DNA from: Bradymonadia bacterium
GTDB taxonomy: Bacteria > Myxococcota_A > Bradymonadia > UBA7976 > UBA1532
DNA length: 61,067 bases
Direction of reading: 5' to 3'
Assembly: GCA_046290225.1 (NCBI GenBank)
Contig: JBKAGE010000059.1
Location: 1 to 61,067 of the forward strand
In this document: in pieces, positions 10,701-19,744 of the stretch
How positions within the stretch are numbered: the first letter of the stretch is position 1
Layout of the letters: each line of letters opens with the position of its first letter
Position numbers and translations under genes: made by a program
Notes under the pieces: generated by a model
Databases searched by the model: none
What the model saw: only the letters and a program-made list of their open reading frames with translations
Told to the model about the DNA's origin: nothing

Positions 10701-11059
10701 GCCTGTCCGTTGAGGTTCTCGCGGCACACCTGCCCTGGCTGACAAAACGTGTCACCCGCACAAGGCACGCCATCATCGGGTATGCCGCCGTCGGGTATGC
10801 CGTCATCAGGTATGCCTTCATCGTCGGGGAGCACAGCATCAACTGGTGGCTCGACCCCGAGATCCTCCTGCCCGGTGTCAGCATCTGGGCGAGGTGGTGG
10901 GGTGCCTCGAACACAGCGGCCCTCGCCGCAGTACCAACCGGAGATGCACTCCGTGTCGTCGACACAGAAGAAATCCCCCTGATCCAGAGCGTCTTCTCGA
11001 GCACACCCTGCGAGCAGGGTGACCCACACCAATGCCAGGGGCGCCGTCAGCCTGCCCAT
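7796..11059 (-). CDS. Large acidic Cys-rich lipoprotein with repeated beta-sandwich-like modules
   Basis: Lipobox LLAGC, CVDDTECISGWYC module, IPDDG repeats and recurring 'FTA..GxY.F' / 'L.GGE.IYI' segments. Confidence 0.75.
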   Translation of the reverse strand: MGRLTAPLALVWVTLLAGCAREDALDQGDFFCVDDTECISGWYCGEGRCVRGTPPPRPDADTGQEDLGVEPPVDAVLPDDEGIPDDGIPDGGIPDDGVPCAGDTFCQPGQVCRENLNGQAVCLPPGAPLLAIDFAGFDPEQGLVAFSFRAQDDNPLPDAFIELAVRDGDQVFPFFREELWPLNDFNRWEENLVDGIVVRSWDTLVGLDPDVFEITVFDSDNNAVLQTRPPEPITGVGVGGVCSPRTLLRPCVEYGWCRPIFDLGEIAGGLCLPPADEDACLIPEGSALIPEISLDPGSEEPETWSIDTREGPRLALANGACALDNNRLPQEGVTRFTATEGATYIFTVIAEPDLNENGEIVPDKVPVLYARWGCMGDLPVEAGVEPQELGCVVAEIQEDGVVGARLTLDLFAGETIYLYLDGQFGWTGEAELAVERVRREPVGIGWFNDVDNVLGFEAQGENWGSPVLFVELGPWFGEQPLFDDPVLDGLFIPVPHLELASELHDWFVVKGALPLPLDQVQPMMEPFRDLAVTVYFEDLAAPPITNRIEAAPNPRPPISELGDLCDPLSGWSACDAPQVCVPVEADTDLSGVHVCAQQAARCPPGRVSEIIGDALEVEPAPMPFNARVWQIDGDTRVTLNRQISQCDTSWVPFATDATYSFVAPEDGRYLFRLLEDSFEGHVYWSPRCDVVSRVDADFLPDNDAGRQCLTEAEIFEEDELPRAYPWAELRGGDEIYITVDNEGLTAEDLAEDDFEFESGRFTLEVRQASSPRIADVFVRYNPDANSMFIRVWGTDPDQDVVEIDLRLFGEAGVLPLGLLEGRPDDTELRQPVQSIINAEDGLSFSLDHWLPLPQAFRPVIWDEANGRLTFSVEVTLVDSAGQSSTPSDQLLTAYELTPLHDEATGCDLLQTLNRCDAARRCDVIDILEDELITACIDPQPGCPDDWPAGVVITVDPDEGLPIADGTQWVVRRPLNDQWPHNLPATCQADEAGFVLDLSALPQGLYEVRASGVPGLTFSASARTACRYPSRIYPQDEIDCDDDINGVRALNFALGGEGPAYVFLSASEPRGEDEVQITIRQRVPVGDR

Positions 11060-11068
11060 ATACCCTCT

Positions 11069-11560
11069 CTAAAAACTCAACGTGAACCCGACCTCGGCCC
11101 CCACTGTAGCCTCGCCCCCGGGGGTCGTTGCCACTCGGGGCATGCCGTAGGGGCGAATGCCCGGCACGGGGCGTAGGGGCTGGGCTTCTGGCGCGGATGC
11201 TTCCTCGGGGGCCATGAGCCACACCACGAGGGCCGAGGCGAGCAGGGCCCCGCCAGCAGCCATCAGGATCACCCCGGTGGATTGCCGGCTGTCGGCGTTC
11301 TCCTGCATCTCCTGGGCTTGCACCTGGGTCAGGCCGATGATGATCCCCTGCTCGTCTCGTCGGGCGTCGACGATCTCGTCTTCGTCACCGACACCGAGCA
11401 CATAGGTGGTGAGCCCCGCGGTGGCCGTGGCCACCCCTACCCCAGCAAGAGTGAGGGCGGTCAGCTCCCACGGGGTGGGATCCGGCGCTGGCGTCTCGGC
11501 CCACGCCGCAGGGCACGACAGGCCCGTGATCAACGTGGCGATCAACGAGAGGCGCACCAT
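11069..11560 (-). CDS. Small exported/membrane protein resembling the C-terminal region of myxobacterial TPR/PEGA proteins
   Basis: Signal peptide, two hydrophobic segments and a terminal beta-strand (VGFTLSF); translationally coupled to the OmpA gene. Confidence 0.6.
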   Translation of the reverse strand: MVRLSLIATLITGLSCPAAWAETPAPDPTPWELTALTLAGVGVATATAGLTTYVLGVGDEDEIVDARRDEQGIIIGLTQVQAQEMQENADSRQSTGVILMAAGGALLASALVVWLMAPEEASAPEAQPLRPVPGIRPYGMPRVATTPGGEATVGAEVGFTLSF

Positions 11561-12402
11561 CACTTCTCCTCCCGTGTGAACCACACCACTTCGGCACGGC
11601 GGTTCTCCCATACCCCCTGGCCACCGGGCTGTGGGGCCGCCCCCTCGACGGGCCTGCTGAAGCCAAAGCCGATGACCTGGATCAAGTGGCCCGGCACCCC
11701 GGAGGCGATGAGCTGATCACGGACGATCTCTGCCCGACGTCGGGAAAGCGCGAGGTTATAGTTCTGACGCCCGAGCTGATCGGCGTGACCCTCGACACGG
11801 ATCTCCGCGAGGCCTTCGACGGCCTTGAGGGCGTTGGCCCACCGGCCCACCTCGGCTACGGCCTTGTCGTCGAGGGTGGCGGAGTCCACGGCGAAGTGCA
11901 CCCGACCTTCGAGGCGCTTGCCTGCGGTGAGTTTGGCTTCACCCCCGTCGGCGTAGCGTACCCGATAGCTCAGCTCCTCTTCGAAGGCCTCCGCGGGGCC
12001 CTCGGCTCGAGCGGTTCGCAGGCCGCGCACCCGCACCAGAAGGCCCAGACGCCCTCTGCGCTCCGCTGTGGGCGGGGTGAGGGTGAAGCGCAGCTGCTGC
12101 ACGTCGGAGAAGCGGTCGTAGTCCTTGAGGCCCTGATAAATGGGCGCCCCCGCTTGTTCTTCGTGCATGAGCACCACCTCGGCCCGGGCCCGAAGCACGT
12201 TCTGTCGAGGCACCTTCACCACCAGCTCGATGGGCTCGTCGATGGCGTACTCTTCTTTAAGGCCGATGACCGAGAGGGCCGAGGGGGCCATGACCACGGC
12301 CTCGTCGGTCTGCTCCTTCGTGGGATCACCCTCCTGGGCTTGGGCGACGCTCGCCATGACCAGGAGGCAGAGCAGCCCACGGGCGGTGTGTTTACAGCTC
12401 AC
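11560..12402 (-). CDS. OmpA C-terminal (peptidoglycan-binding) domain protein
   Basis: Signal peptide; VHFAVDS...IRVEGHAD...NLALSRRRA...GFG...ENRRAEV. Confidence 0.9.
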   Translation of the reverse strand: MSCKHTARGLLCLLVMASVAQAQEGDPTKEQTDEAVVMAPSALSVIGLKEEYAIDEPIELVVKVPRQNVLRARAEVVLMHEEQAGAPIYQGLKDYDRFSDVQQLRFTLTPPTAERRGRLGLLVRVRGLRTARAEGPAEAFEEELSYRVRYADGGEAKLTAGKRLEGRVHFAVDSATLDDKAVAEVGRWANALKAVEGLAEIRVEGHADQLGRQNYNLALSRRRAEIVRDQLIASGVPGHLIQVIGFGFSRPVEGAAPQPGGQGVWENRRAEVVWFTREEK

Positions 12403-14752
12403 GGGTGGCTCCTGTCTGTGAAGTCTGCGCCTCGTCGGGGCTGCGCTTGCCCTGCCGCTGTACGATCCAGACCCCTCGGGCCGGCGCCGGCAAGGTGACC
12501 ACGGTGACCGCGTCCGACTCGTGCAGCACCTCGAGACCTTCTTCGAGACTCACGCGGCGGCCGTCTTTCAAAACCGACCACTCGGTGAAGTCGAGGGCGT
12601 CACGGTTGTAGATGAGCACGCGGGCGGCCGTGCGCAGGTCGAGATCGAAGCGCCAGGTGTCGAGCACGATGCTCGGATCGAGGGGGTTCGGCTGCCGCAC
12701 GCCGTGGCGGGTGGCGTACACCCCCTCACCGGTGAGTGCGGAGAGCAGCTCGGGCAGCTGCCGCTGGAATTGCCCTCGATCTGTGGCCAGCAGCGCCACC
12801 CCAGTGCTCACTCCACCCCGGGTGGAGCGCCTGATCTCGTCGAGCAGCCCCGGGTCGAAGGCGCCGATCTCTTCAATGATGCCAGCGTAGAAGCCACCAC
12901 AGGCCTCGGCGTCGTCTTCTTTCCACTGAGCAGTGTCGCGACATCGGGCCGGGGCGAAGGCCATGGGCATCAGATCGACGTAACGCTCGAGCACCTTGCC
13001 ACCAGCGCGCATGCGATCGAGATACCCTGGCAGGCGGCCGCTGCTCTCCGCGAGTCCTACGGTGTGCAATGTGGCCCCCATGGCCTGTACGCGGGCCGCA
13101 GCAGCTTTCACCGCCCCTCGGGGATCTGTGCGCACCACCGACTCCCGCCCGTCGGTGATCAAGATCACGTGACGGGCCGCCTCGGCGTCTCGATCGGCGA
13201 AGCGGGCGGCTGCGGCGTCCAGGGCGGCGCTGATACCGGTGTACCTCGACGGGCGACTCGCCGCCCGAAAGGCGCTCACCAGCTGCCCGAGCTGGGCTCC
13301 GGAGAGCCGACCGTCGATCTCGATCCAGGTCTCCCCCTTCGGACCCTTCATGGGGCGCACTTCGTCGCCGAAGAGCAACACCTGAAGGCGAGCGGGCTGC
13401 CCAGTGGACATGGCGTGGGCGCCGAGGGTGGCTGCCATACGGGTGAGCGCCACCTCGCGCTTCGCCGGCGCCGAGGTGGGCAACAGCGGGTCCGTGGCGT
13501 TCACTGGATCGTGCCAGGCCATCGACAAGGACTGGTCGACGAGGGCCACGATCTCCAGCGGGCGCAGATCGCTTCGGCGCGTGGACCAGTCCCGAGCCAC
13601 CAGCTTCTTGTAGTCGCGCAGAATCTGCTGCACCACCGGCGCCAGGGCGCTGCGGGGCTCGGAGATGTCGATGCGATCGGCGAAGAGAGGCGTGCGGCCT
13701 TCGACGCATTCGAGATAGGCCATCTGGGCATTGGCCAGGGCCTGACAGTCGATGTCCGCCGCTGGATCTCCCACCTCGGAGCGGACGATCTCCACAAAGG
13801 GGCGCAGGCTTTCTGGCGCCGCCTGCTCGATCTCCGACTTGAGGCGGTCGAGCAAGGCCACGGTCTCGACGTTCTGCAGCAACCTCGGATGCACCACCAC
13901 CCTCAACCGCGACAACAGCAGCCGAAAGCGACGGGGGGTGAAGTCGCGGCCTCGGGCGAGGGTGCTCTTCACTCCTGTCTCCCGGCGGCTTTTTTTCAGG
14001 GCCTTGCTCAGGGCGTTGATGTCTTCACCGCGGGTCTCGGGATCTGCGAGCAGCTGCTCCAGAGCGCCCGCCCAGGCCACAGCACCGGGCGAGACCATGT
14101 TCGCGACACCACCACCCTCGCCTTCGGGCATCGGCACCTCGGCGAGGGCCCCGACCCCTGCGGCGACGGTGGCGCCGGCGCTCGCTGGCACAGCCCCATC
14201 GAGGGGCCATGGATCGCGGGATTCCGAAGACAATGTCAGGGCCGCGAAGCCCGGCTTCAGCTCGAAGATGCGCTCCGGGCGCTTGCCGAGGCCGTCGAGG
14301 ACCAGCAACACGGTGCCGTCGAAGAAACCCAGGTCTTCACCGGGGCCCTGACGCAGGCGATCTCCGAGAGTGGCCAGAGTGGCCCAGTCCACCACCCCGT
14401 CGGCGAGCGCCACCCCATTGGGGGTCTGTTGAGCCCCAGCGAGATAGACCACCATGAGATCACTCTGAGAGACGTATTGAAAGGGACGCCCCTCGGAGAA
14501 GAGCTTGAGGAAGCTCTGCACCGTGGGCGGGCCGTCGATGACGTGGACCTTCCTGGGGTTGAGCCCCAAGCGGGCCTCGGCGTGGCGGGCCACACGGGCC
14601 GCGGAGGCCCTCACCCAGGGGGTGTCGTCGGTGGCCACCGCCACAAATGACAAGTTGCGGTTGGGCACCGCCCCCCATGCCGTGGAGGCCATCATCAAGA
14701 GCCCCCACACGCTCACCCACAGCGCCCCCCAGCGCCACCGGGCACCTCTCAT
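12392..14752 (-). CDS. Exported protein with a degenerate caspase-like N-domain and a vWA domain
   Basis: Signal peptide; vWA MIDAS (DQSLS, T, ITDG). The N-domain has VVYLAGA / LLVLDGL at the positions of the caspase SGH and DxC motifs. Confidence 0.75.
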   Translation of the reverse strand: MRGARWRWGALWVSVWGLLMMASTAWGAVPNRNLSFVAVATDDTPWVRASAARVARHAEARLGLNPRKVHVIDGPPTVQSFLKLFSEGRPFQYVSQSDLMVVYLAGAQQTPNGVALADGVVDWATLATLGDRLRQGPGEDLGFFDGTVLLVLDGLGKRPERIFELKPGFAALTLSSESRDPWPLDGAVPASAGATVAAGVGALAEVPMPEGEGGGVANMVSPGAVAWAGALEQLLADPETRGEDINALSKALKKSRRETGVKSTLARGRDFTPRRFRLLLSRLRVVVHPRLLQNVETVALLDRLKSEIEQAAPESLRPFVEIVRSEVGDPAADIDCQALANAQMAYLECVEGRTPLFADRIDISEPRSALAPVVQQILRDYKKLVARDWSTRRSDLRPLEIVALVDQSLSMAWHDPVNATDPLLPTSAPAKREVALTRMAATLGAHAMSTGQPARLQVLLFGDEVRPMKGPKGETWIEIDGRLSGAQLGQLVSAFRAASRPSRYTGISAALDAAAARFADRDAEAARHVILITDGRESVVRTDPRGAVKAAAARVQAMGATLHTVGLAESSGRLPGYLDRMRAGGKVLERYVDLMPMAFAPARCRDTAQWKEDDAEACGGFYAGIIEEIGAFDPGLLDEIRRSTRGGVSTGVALLATDRGQFQRQLPELLSALTGEGVYATRHGVRQPNPLDPSIVLDTWRFDLDLRTAARVLIYNRDALDFTEWSVLKDGRRVSLEEGLEVLHESDAVTVVTLPAPARGVWIVQRQGKRSPDEAQTSQTGATREL

Positions 14753-14756
14753 GACC

Positions 14757-16373
14757 TCACCCCTTTCTGCACAACCCGACCATCATCTCCAGTTCCTGGG
14801 CCTGACGCTGCTCGAAGGTACATTCGCCCGCGGACTTTCGCCGCCTGAGGGCCTCGATGTTGCGGCACAGAGAGCCTCCTGGCGTGAGCGAGGCTCCCTT
14901 CGAAGCGCGCACGATGTCCCGTAGCTCTGACCCGCACGGGCCGCTGATCTTCACGCGTCTGCCCTCTGAATGCGTATCTTTGATGGTCACCGTCGTCCGC
15001 CGCCCGGCACGGCGTCCCTGACCTCTGCGCCCCTGGCCTCTGGACCCCTGGCCTCTGCGACCCGGATCTCTGCGACCCTGATCTTTGGGGCTCGGCCGCG
15101 GTGGCGCCGCGGCCACGGCAGGGGTATCTGCGTCGGGGGCAGCAGCATCCGGGATGGCCGCATCAGGGGCTGTAGCGTCTGACACTGCGGTGTCGGAGGC
15201 TGCATCAGACACCGTCACGGTGGCATCAGCGACTGCCGCCGCTGGCAGTGTCGCAGCGTCGACAGACAGGGCACCCACAGCGACGGTCCGATCAGGCCCG
15301 CTGGGGCCCATCACGGGTGCCTTCTCCGAAGGCCACAGGCTCAGCGCTGCGCTCACCCCCACCACGACGAGGAGCAGCGCGCCCAAGAGCAAGGGTCGGC
15401 GGCGATCACCACCTTCATCATCTCGGGCCGGCACCACAGGCTCGGGCACTGGCCCTTCCAGGTTGAGCGTCTCCGGCGGCTGCGCAGGCTCTGGGGCATC
15501 GAGATCGAGGGCGGCCAGCGCCTCGAGCAGTGCACCGGCATGTTGAGGTCGCTCGTCGGCCTCTTTGCTCAACATGCGCATCACGAGATCGTCGAGGGCC
15601 CAAGGCAGTCTCGCCCGGAGCGCACGCGGTCGTCTGGGGGCATCGTGGACCTGCTTGTAGAGCAGGGCGATGGGGGTCTCGGCGTCGAAGAGCGGCGCAC
15701 CCGTGAGCATTTCGAAGAGGATGATGCCCAGAGCGTAGACATCTGCCCGGGCATCCACCTGACCACTCAGGGCGTGCTCTGGCGACATATAGGCCGGCGT
15801 GCCCACCATGGTGCCCGGCTGAGTGAGGGTGCCGTGACCGGTGTGCAGCTTGGCGATGCCGAAGTCCACCACCCGAACCTCGTCTCCGCCTTCCGGGCTG
15901 CGGGAGATCATGATGTTCTCGGGCTTGAGATCCCGGTGGATCACCCCCATCTCGTGGGCCTCGGCGAGAGAGCGGGCGATCTGCTCGACGATGTCGAGGG
16001 CGCGCTCGACGGCCATGGGCCCCAGCTCGATGAGCTCCCGCAGCTGCAGCCCCTCGATGAGCTCCATGGCGATGTACAGCCGGCCGTCTCCCGTAGGACC
16101 GAAGTCGTACAGGGTGACGGTGTTCACCTGCTTGAGCTTGCTGATGATCTTCGCCTCGTGGAGGAACCGCTTCACCGCCTGGGGGTTGGCGCACAGCTCA
16201 TGGGCGAGGATCTTGAGCGCCACAGGGCGCTCCACCGGTTGCTGCACGGCCCGATAGACCGTGCCCATGCCTCCGGCACCGATGGGGGCGATCACCGTGA
16301 ATCGATCGGCGATGGTTTGTCCGATCAGCGGATCGGGCTGGTCGTCGTCAGGGCGCAGATCGTGATGACTCAT
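14757..16373 (-). CDS. Membrane Ser/Thr protein kinase (Pkn type)
   Basis: IGAGGMG, VALK, HRDLKPEN, DFG and YMSPE motifs, TM helix and low-complexity tail. Confidence 0.95.
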   Translation of the reverse strand: MSHHDLRPDDDQPDPLIGQTIADRFTVIAPIGAGGMGTVYRAVQQPVERPVALKILAHELCANPQAVKRFLHEAKIISKLKQVNTVTLYDFGPTGDGRLYIAMELIEGLQLRELIELGPMAVERALDIVEQIARSLAEAHEMGVIHRDLKPENIMISRSPEGGDEVRVVDFGIAKLHTGHGTLTQPGTMVGTPAYMSPEHALSGQVDARADVYALGIILFEMLTGAPLFDAETPIALLYKQVHDAPRRPRALRARLPWALDDLVMRMLSKEADERPQHAGALLEALAALDLDAPEPAQPPETLNLEGPVPEPVVPARDDEGGDRRRPLLLGALLLVVVGVSAALSLWPSEKAPVMGPSGPDRTVAVGALSVDAATLPAAAVADATVTVSDAASDTAVSDATAPDAAIPDAAAPDADTPAVAAAPPRPSPKDQGRRDPGRRGQGSRGQGRRGQGRRAGRRTTVTIKDTHSEGRRVKISGPCGSELRDIVRASKGASLTPGGSLCRNIEALRRRKSAGECTFEQRQAQELEMMVGLCRKG

Positions 16374-17560
16374 GCCCGAGATCTCGCCTCCATCTCCTTC
16401 AAGCGCACCTCATAGGCATAGACGAGGCGCTCGATGTCGGCCTCTGGCGCCCCCTCTGCTCTGAGGGCCTCGATCTTGGCGGCGAACTTGCCCAGCACCT
16501 TGTCGCCCCCCACTGGGGAGGCGCTCGCAGCAGCCTGGGCGGCCTGCCAGCGCTCGTCGAGGGCCCCGGCCTGATCTGCCTGAGCCTTCAGCTCTCGATG
16601 GCGCGCCCGCAGGGGGGCGATGAGCGGCCGGTAGATGCCGTCGAACCTGCTCACGGCCTCGGCGGCGGCGTCCAGGGCATCGCCCTCGAGGGCTTCGAGG
16701 GCTTGCTCCACCGCGGCCATGGCGTCGTTGAGGGCCTCGGCGGATACAGGGGTGTAGCGCGCGTTGCTCTGGGCGGCCATCTCCCGACAGGCCTGATCGA
16801 GCTGAGAGAGCTTCTCCAGCTGGGCGCTCGCCTGATCGACACGAGATCGGGTCTCTTCGCTGTGGGCGACGAGGACCTCTGCAGCCTTTCGGGCTGCTTT
16901 TTGATGTGAGCCCAGAAACTCCAACAGGGTGGACTCGAGGCCCAGCGGGTCGCTCAGCAGGTCGTCCTGGGCCCGGCGCACATGGCGCTCGAAGGCCACA
17001 AGGCTGTGGGGCACGTCGAGGCCATACGCTTCGAATGTGCTCCGCATGGATTGCGCCTCCTGGGTGAGCTTGCCCAGGGGTACGCCATAGGTGGACCACG
17101 CTCGATCTACAGCGATGAGCACGGGCTTCACCGTGTCGAAGGTGGCCTTCATCCGTTTGGCGAGCTCCGCAGGGGTCACCTTCACCTCGGCAGCGGCCTT
17201 GCCGAAGAAGTCGCGCTCTTCGAGGGGGATGTTCGCGGCGTCGAGGTTGATCGAAGGGCCCTCGAGCAGGGTGGCGATGTCAGCGATGCTCTTCGCAGTG
17301 CGGAACATCGACAGGCTGTGCCGGCGCTGTTTGGCTTTGGCCACCACCGCCCGGAGCAGATCGAGCTCCTGGTGGAGCGTGTCGAGCCCCTCCACGGCGC
17401 CACGGATCTCCGCAGCCCGGTGTCCCGTGAGCCGCTCGAGGCCCTTCCCCCTGAGCAAGCGATACCCCGTCAGCTCCGAGAGCTCTGCCAGGTTGCTCAG
17501 CATGGTGTCGATCCGGCCCTGCCATACGGTCAACAGGCTGTCCAAGGTGTCGAGCTTCAC
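16370..17560 (-). CDS. Helical/coiled-coil hypothetical protein, first gene of the left operon
   Basis: 396-aa ORF with host-like codon usage whose stop overlaps the kinase start (ATGA); LLEGPSI..PLEER..TPAEL..M...F...VDRAW segment. Confidence 0.75.
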   Translation of the reverse strand: MKLDTLDSLLTVWQGRIDTMLSNLAELSELTGYRLLRGKGLERLTGHRAAEIRGAVEGLDTLHQELDLLRAVVAKAKQRRHSLSMFRTAKSIADIATLLEGPSINLDAANIPLEERDFFGKAAAEVKVTPAELAKRMKATFDTVKPVLIAVDRAWSTYGVPLGKLTQEAQSMRSTFEAYGLDVPHSLVAFERHVRRAQDDLLSDPLGLESTLLEFLGSHQKAARKAAEVLVAHSEETRSRVDQASAQLEKLSQLDQACREMAAQSNARYTPVSAEALNDAMAAVEQALEALEGDALDAAAEAVSRFDGIYRPLIAPLRARHRELKAQADQAGALDERWQAAQAAASASPVGGDKVLGKFAAKIEALRAEGAPEADIERLVYAYEVRLKEMEARSRA

Positions 17561-17689
17561 GACGGTGGCCTCTGAGCTTTTTCCTGAGATTTCTGAACAT
17601 TGAGTTGTGGAGCCCGCCCTGGGCCCGACATGGGTTCAGCGATACCGCAACGAGCCCACCGGCGGCAAGGCCGGGGCCCAGGTTCTGCC

Positions 17690-17719
17690 TTGACGCGCTC
17701 TCGATGGCGAGTCCATGAT
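17690..17719 (+). promoter_or_regulatory. Candidate sigma70 promoter of the ter operon
   Basis: TTGACG-N18-CATGAT, 100 bp upstream of terD. Confidence 0.4.
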
Positions 17720-17819
17720 GCCGCACCCGCGCACTGTAAGAGGGTCAAGGGCTGCCTCAGAGGCAGAGACTCGCTCCATGGGCGCACTTCAAGATTCTGG
17801 ACGGACATAGGGGACTCAA

Positions 17820-18401
17820 ATGGCTGTTTCTCTGAGCAAGGGTGGGAACGTCTCTCTGAGCAAGGAAGCTGGCGGCGGCCTCACCAAGGTGACGGTGGGC
17901 CTCGGCTGGGACGAGCGGGTCACCGACGGCGCCGACTTCGATCTCGACGCCTCGGCCTTCATCCTCGGGAGCAACGGCAAGGTGGCCCGAGACGTCGACT
18001 TCATCTTCTACAACAACCTCGTCTCCACCGACGGGGCCGTGGAGCACATGGGCGACAACCTCGTCGGCGGTGCTGTGGAGTCCGACGACGAGCAGGTGAA
18101 GATCGACCTCAGCGCCCTTGGGGGCAACGTCGACAAAATCGCCATCTGCGTCACCATCCACGAAGCCGAGGGTCGGCGTCAGAACTTCGGCATGGTGAGC
18201 AACGCTTACGTGCGCGTCGTCAACGAGACCGACGGCAAGGAGCTCGCCCGCTACGACCTCTCCGAGGACATGAGCACCGAGACCGCCATGATCTTCGCCG
18301 AGGTGTACCGCCGGGGCAACGACTGGAAGTTCAAGGCCATCGGCCAGGGCTACGCCGGCGGCCTCGGCCCCCTGGCCCGCAACTACGGGGTCAACGTCTG
18401 A
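17820..18401 (+). CDS. terD: TerD/TerE-family stress protein
   Basis: [37 protein letters not shown] and WKFKAIGQG motifs. Confidence 0.93.
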   Translation: MAVSLSKGGNVSLSKEAGGGLTKVTVGLGWDERVTDGADFDLDASAFILGSNGKVARDVDFIFYNNLVSTDGAVEHMGDNLVGGAVESDDEQVKIDLSALGGNVDKIAICVTIHEAEGRRQNFGMVSNAYVRVVNETDGKELARYDLSEDMSTETAMIFAEVYRRGNDWKFKAIGQGYAGGLGPLARNYGVNV

Positions 18402-18505
18402 TCCGCCCTCGAATGGCCTCGGGCCAAGGGCTCTCCCTCTTTTGAAACCTCGTCGAGACCCCCGCAGACACAGTTGTTGAAGTCTCTGCACTCAAGGAGC
18501 AGGCA

Positions 18506-19705
18506 TTGAGCGGACTCCTCATTCTTTCCATCGCGGTCATCGCGCTGACGTCCATCGTCATCATGTATGCCTGCAATGCCTTCGAAGACGCCGCGGACTA
18601 TCTGGGCCGCAACATGAAGCCCGGGGTGAAGGGGGCGACCATCAACGCCATCGGCAGCTCGCTGCCGGAGCTCTTCACCACCTCGCTGCTGCTCTTCGGC
18701 CCCTTCGTGGCGCCAGGCTTCTTCGGCAACGGCGAAGACAGCTTCTCCGCGGGCATCGCCACCTGCGCCGGCAGCGCGGTCTTCAACGCCGTCATCATCC
18801 CTGCTCTGTGCATCATCGCTGTGACCTTCTTCGGCGTGCGCAAGGGCAAGGGCGCCCCCGAGAAGGTCTCTCAGGTCGTCCTCGACAAGCGGGTGGTCAT
18901 CAAGGATGGCTTCTTCTTCGTGCTCGCCGAGCTCGCCCTGATCTTCTTCCTCGGCGATCAGCGGATGGCCTGGTGGATGGGCGGCGTGCTCGTGCTGATC
19001 TACGTGGTCTACATCGCCATCACCCTCAGCACCGGCTTCGGTGTCGAAGAAGAGGACGATGATGATGACGAGGACGACGAGGACGACGATGAGGAAGAAG
19101 GCGTCGGCATCTTCGGCCTCGGCTGGCTGCTCGACTTCAACAACCGCTTCTACGGTGGTGCCGAGTTCACGCAGAAGTCGGCGTGGGTGGTGCTCTCGTG
19201 GTCCATCCTCGCCATCGCCGTGGCCTGCGCTGGCATCGCCTGGGCCGTGGAGCACTCCGCTCAGGCCCTCGGGGTGAAGCCTTACTTCACCGCAGTGATC
19301 CTCGCCGCCGCCGCCACCAGCGTGCCCGACACCGTGCTCTCGGTGAAGGACGCCGTGAAGGGTGAGTACGACGACGCCGTGGCCAACGCCGTGGGCAGCA
19401 ACATCTTCGACATCACCATCTGCCTCGGCGTGCCGCTGCTCATCTACGGCCTCGTCTTCGGCGACATCAGCATCAGCCCCGCCATCCCCGGCGCCGACAA
19501 CTCCGCCGCCGACGTGCAGGTCCTGCGCTGGGTGCTGCTCATGGTCACCGCCGTGGTGTTGAGCCTGTTCCTCATCGGCAAGGGCATCGGTCGTGGCAAG
19601 GCCGCGATCCTGTTCTCGCTGTACTTCATGTGGACCGCCTTCGTCGTCGGCCGCGCTCAGGGGGCGCAGTGGGCCAACGACATCATCCAGTGGCTCCCTG
19701 CCTGA
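18506..19705 (+). CDS. Ca2+/cation (CaCA) antiporter, NCKX-like
   Basis: Alpha-1 GSSLPE...GSAVFN, alpha-2 ATSVPD...GSNIFD, multiple TMs and an acidic loop EEEDDDDDEDDEDDDEEE. TTG start after AAGGAG. Confidence 0.9.
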   Translation: MSGLLILSIAVIALTSIVIMYACNAFEDAADYLGRNMKPGVKGATINAIGSSLPELFTTSLLLFGPFVAPGFFGNGEDSFSAGIATCAGSAVFNAVIIPALCIIAVTFFGVRKGKGAPEKVSQVVLDKRVVIKDGFFFVLAELALIFFLGDQRMAWWMGGVLVLIYVVYIAITLSTGFGVEEEDDDDDEDDEDDDEEEGVGIFGLGWLLDFNNRFYGGAEFTQKSAWVVLSWSILAIAVACAGIAWAVEHSAQALGVKPYFTAVILAAAATSVPDTVLSVKDAVKGEYDDAVANAVGSNIFDITICLGVPLLIYGLVFGDISISPAIPGADNSAADVQVLRWVLLMVTAVVLSLFLIGKGIGRGKAAILFSLYFMWTAFVVGRAQGAQWANDIIQWLPA

Positions 19706-19744
19706 TCAGGCAGCTCGAGCCCGAGAGAACCTCAGGAGAATCTG

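Noticed and set aside
12521..14650. 709-aa plus-strand ORF, and similar long antisense ORFs (e.g. 32462..34117, 50327..52060, 5201..6403, 20308..21546)
   Set aside because: They are shadows of real genes on the opposite strand, expected with high GC3, and carry no recognisable motifs.
12392..16373. TerY-phosphorylation triad (vWA-PP2C-kinase)
   Set aside because: There is no PP2C gene, and this vWA protein has a signal peptide, unlike cytoplasmic TerY.
18402..18505. yybP-ykoY (Mn2+) riboswitch upstream of the cation exchanger
   Set aside because: GAGACC is present, but the conserved GGGGAGUA 5' element and the four-way junction are not evident.
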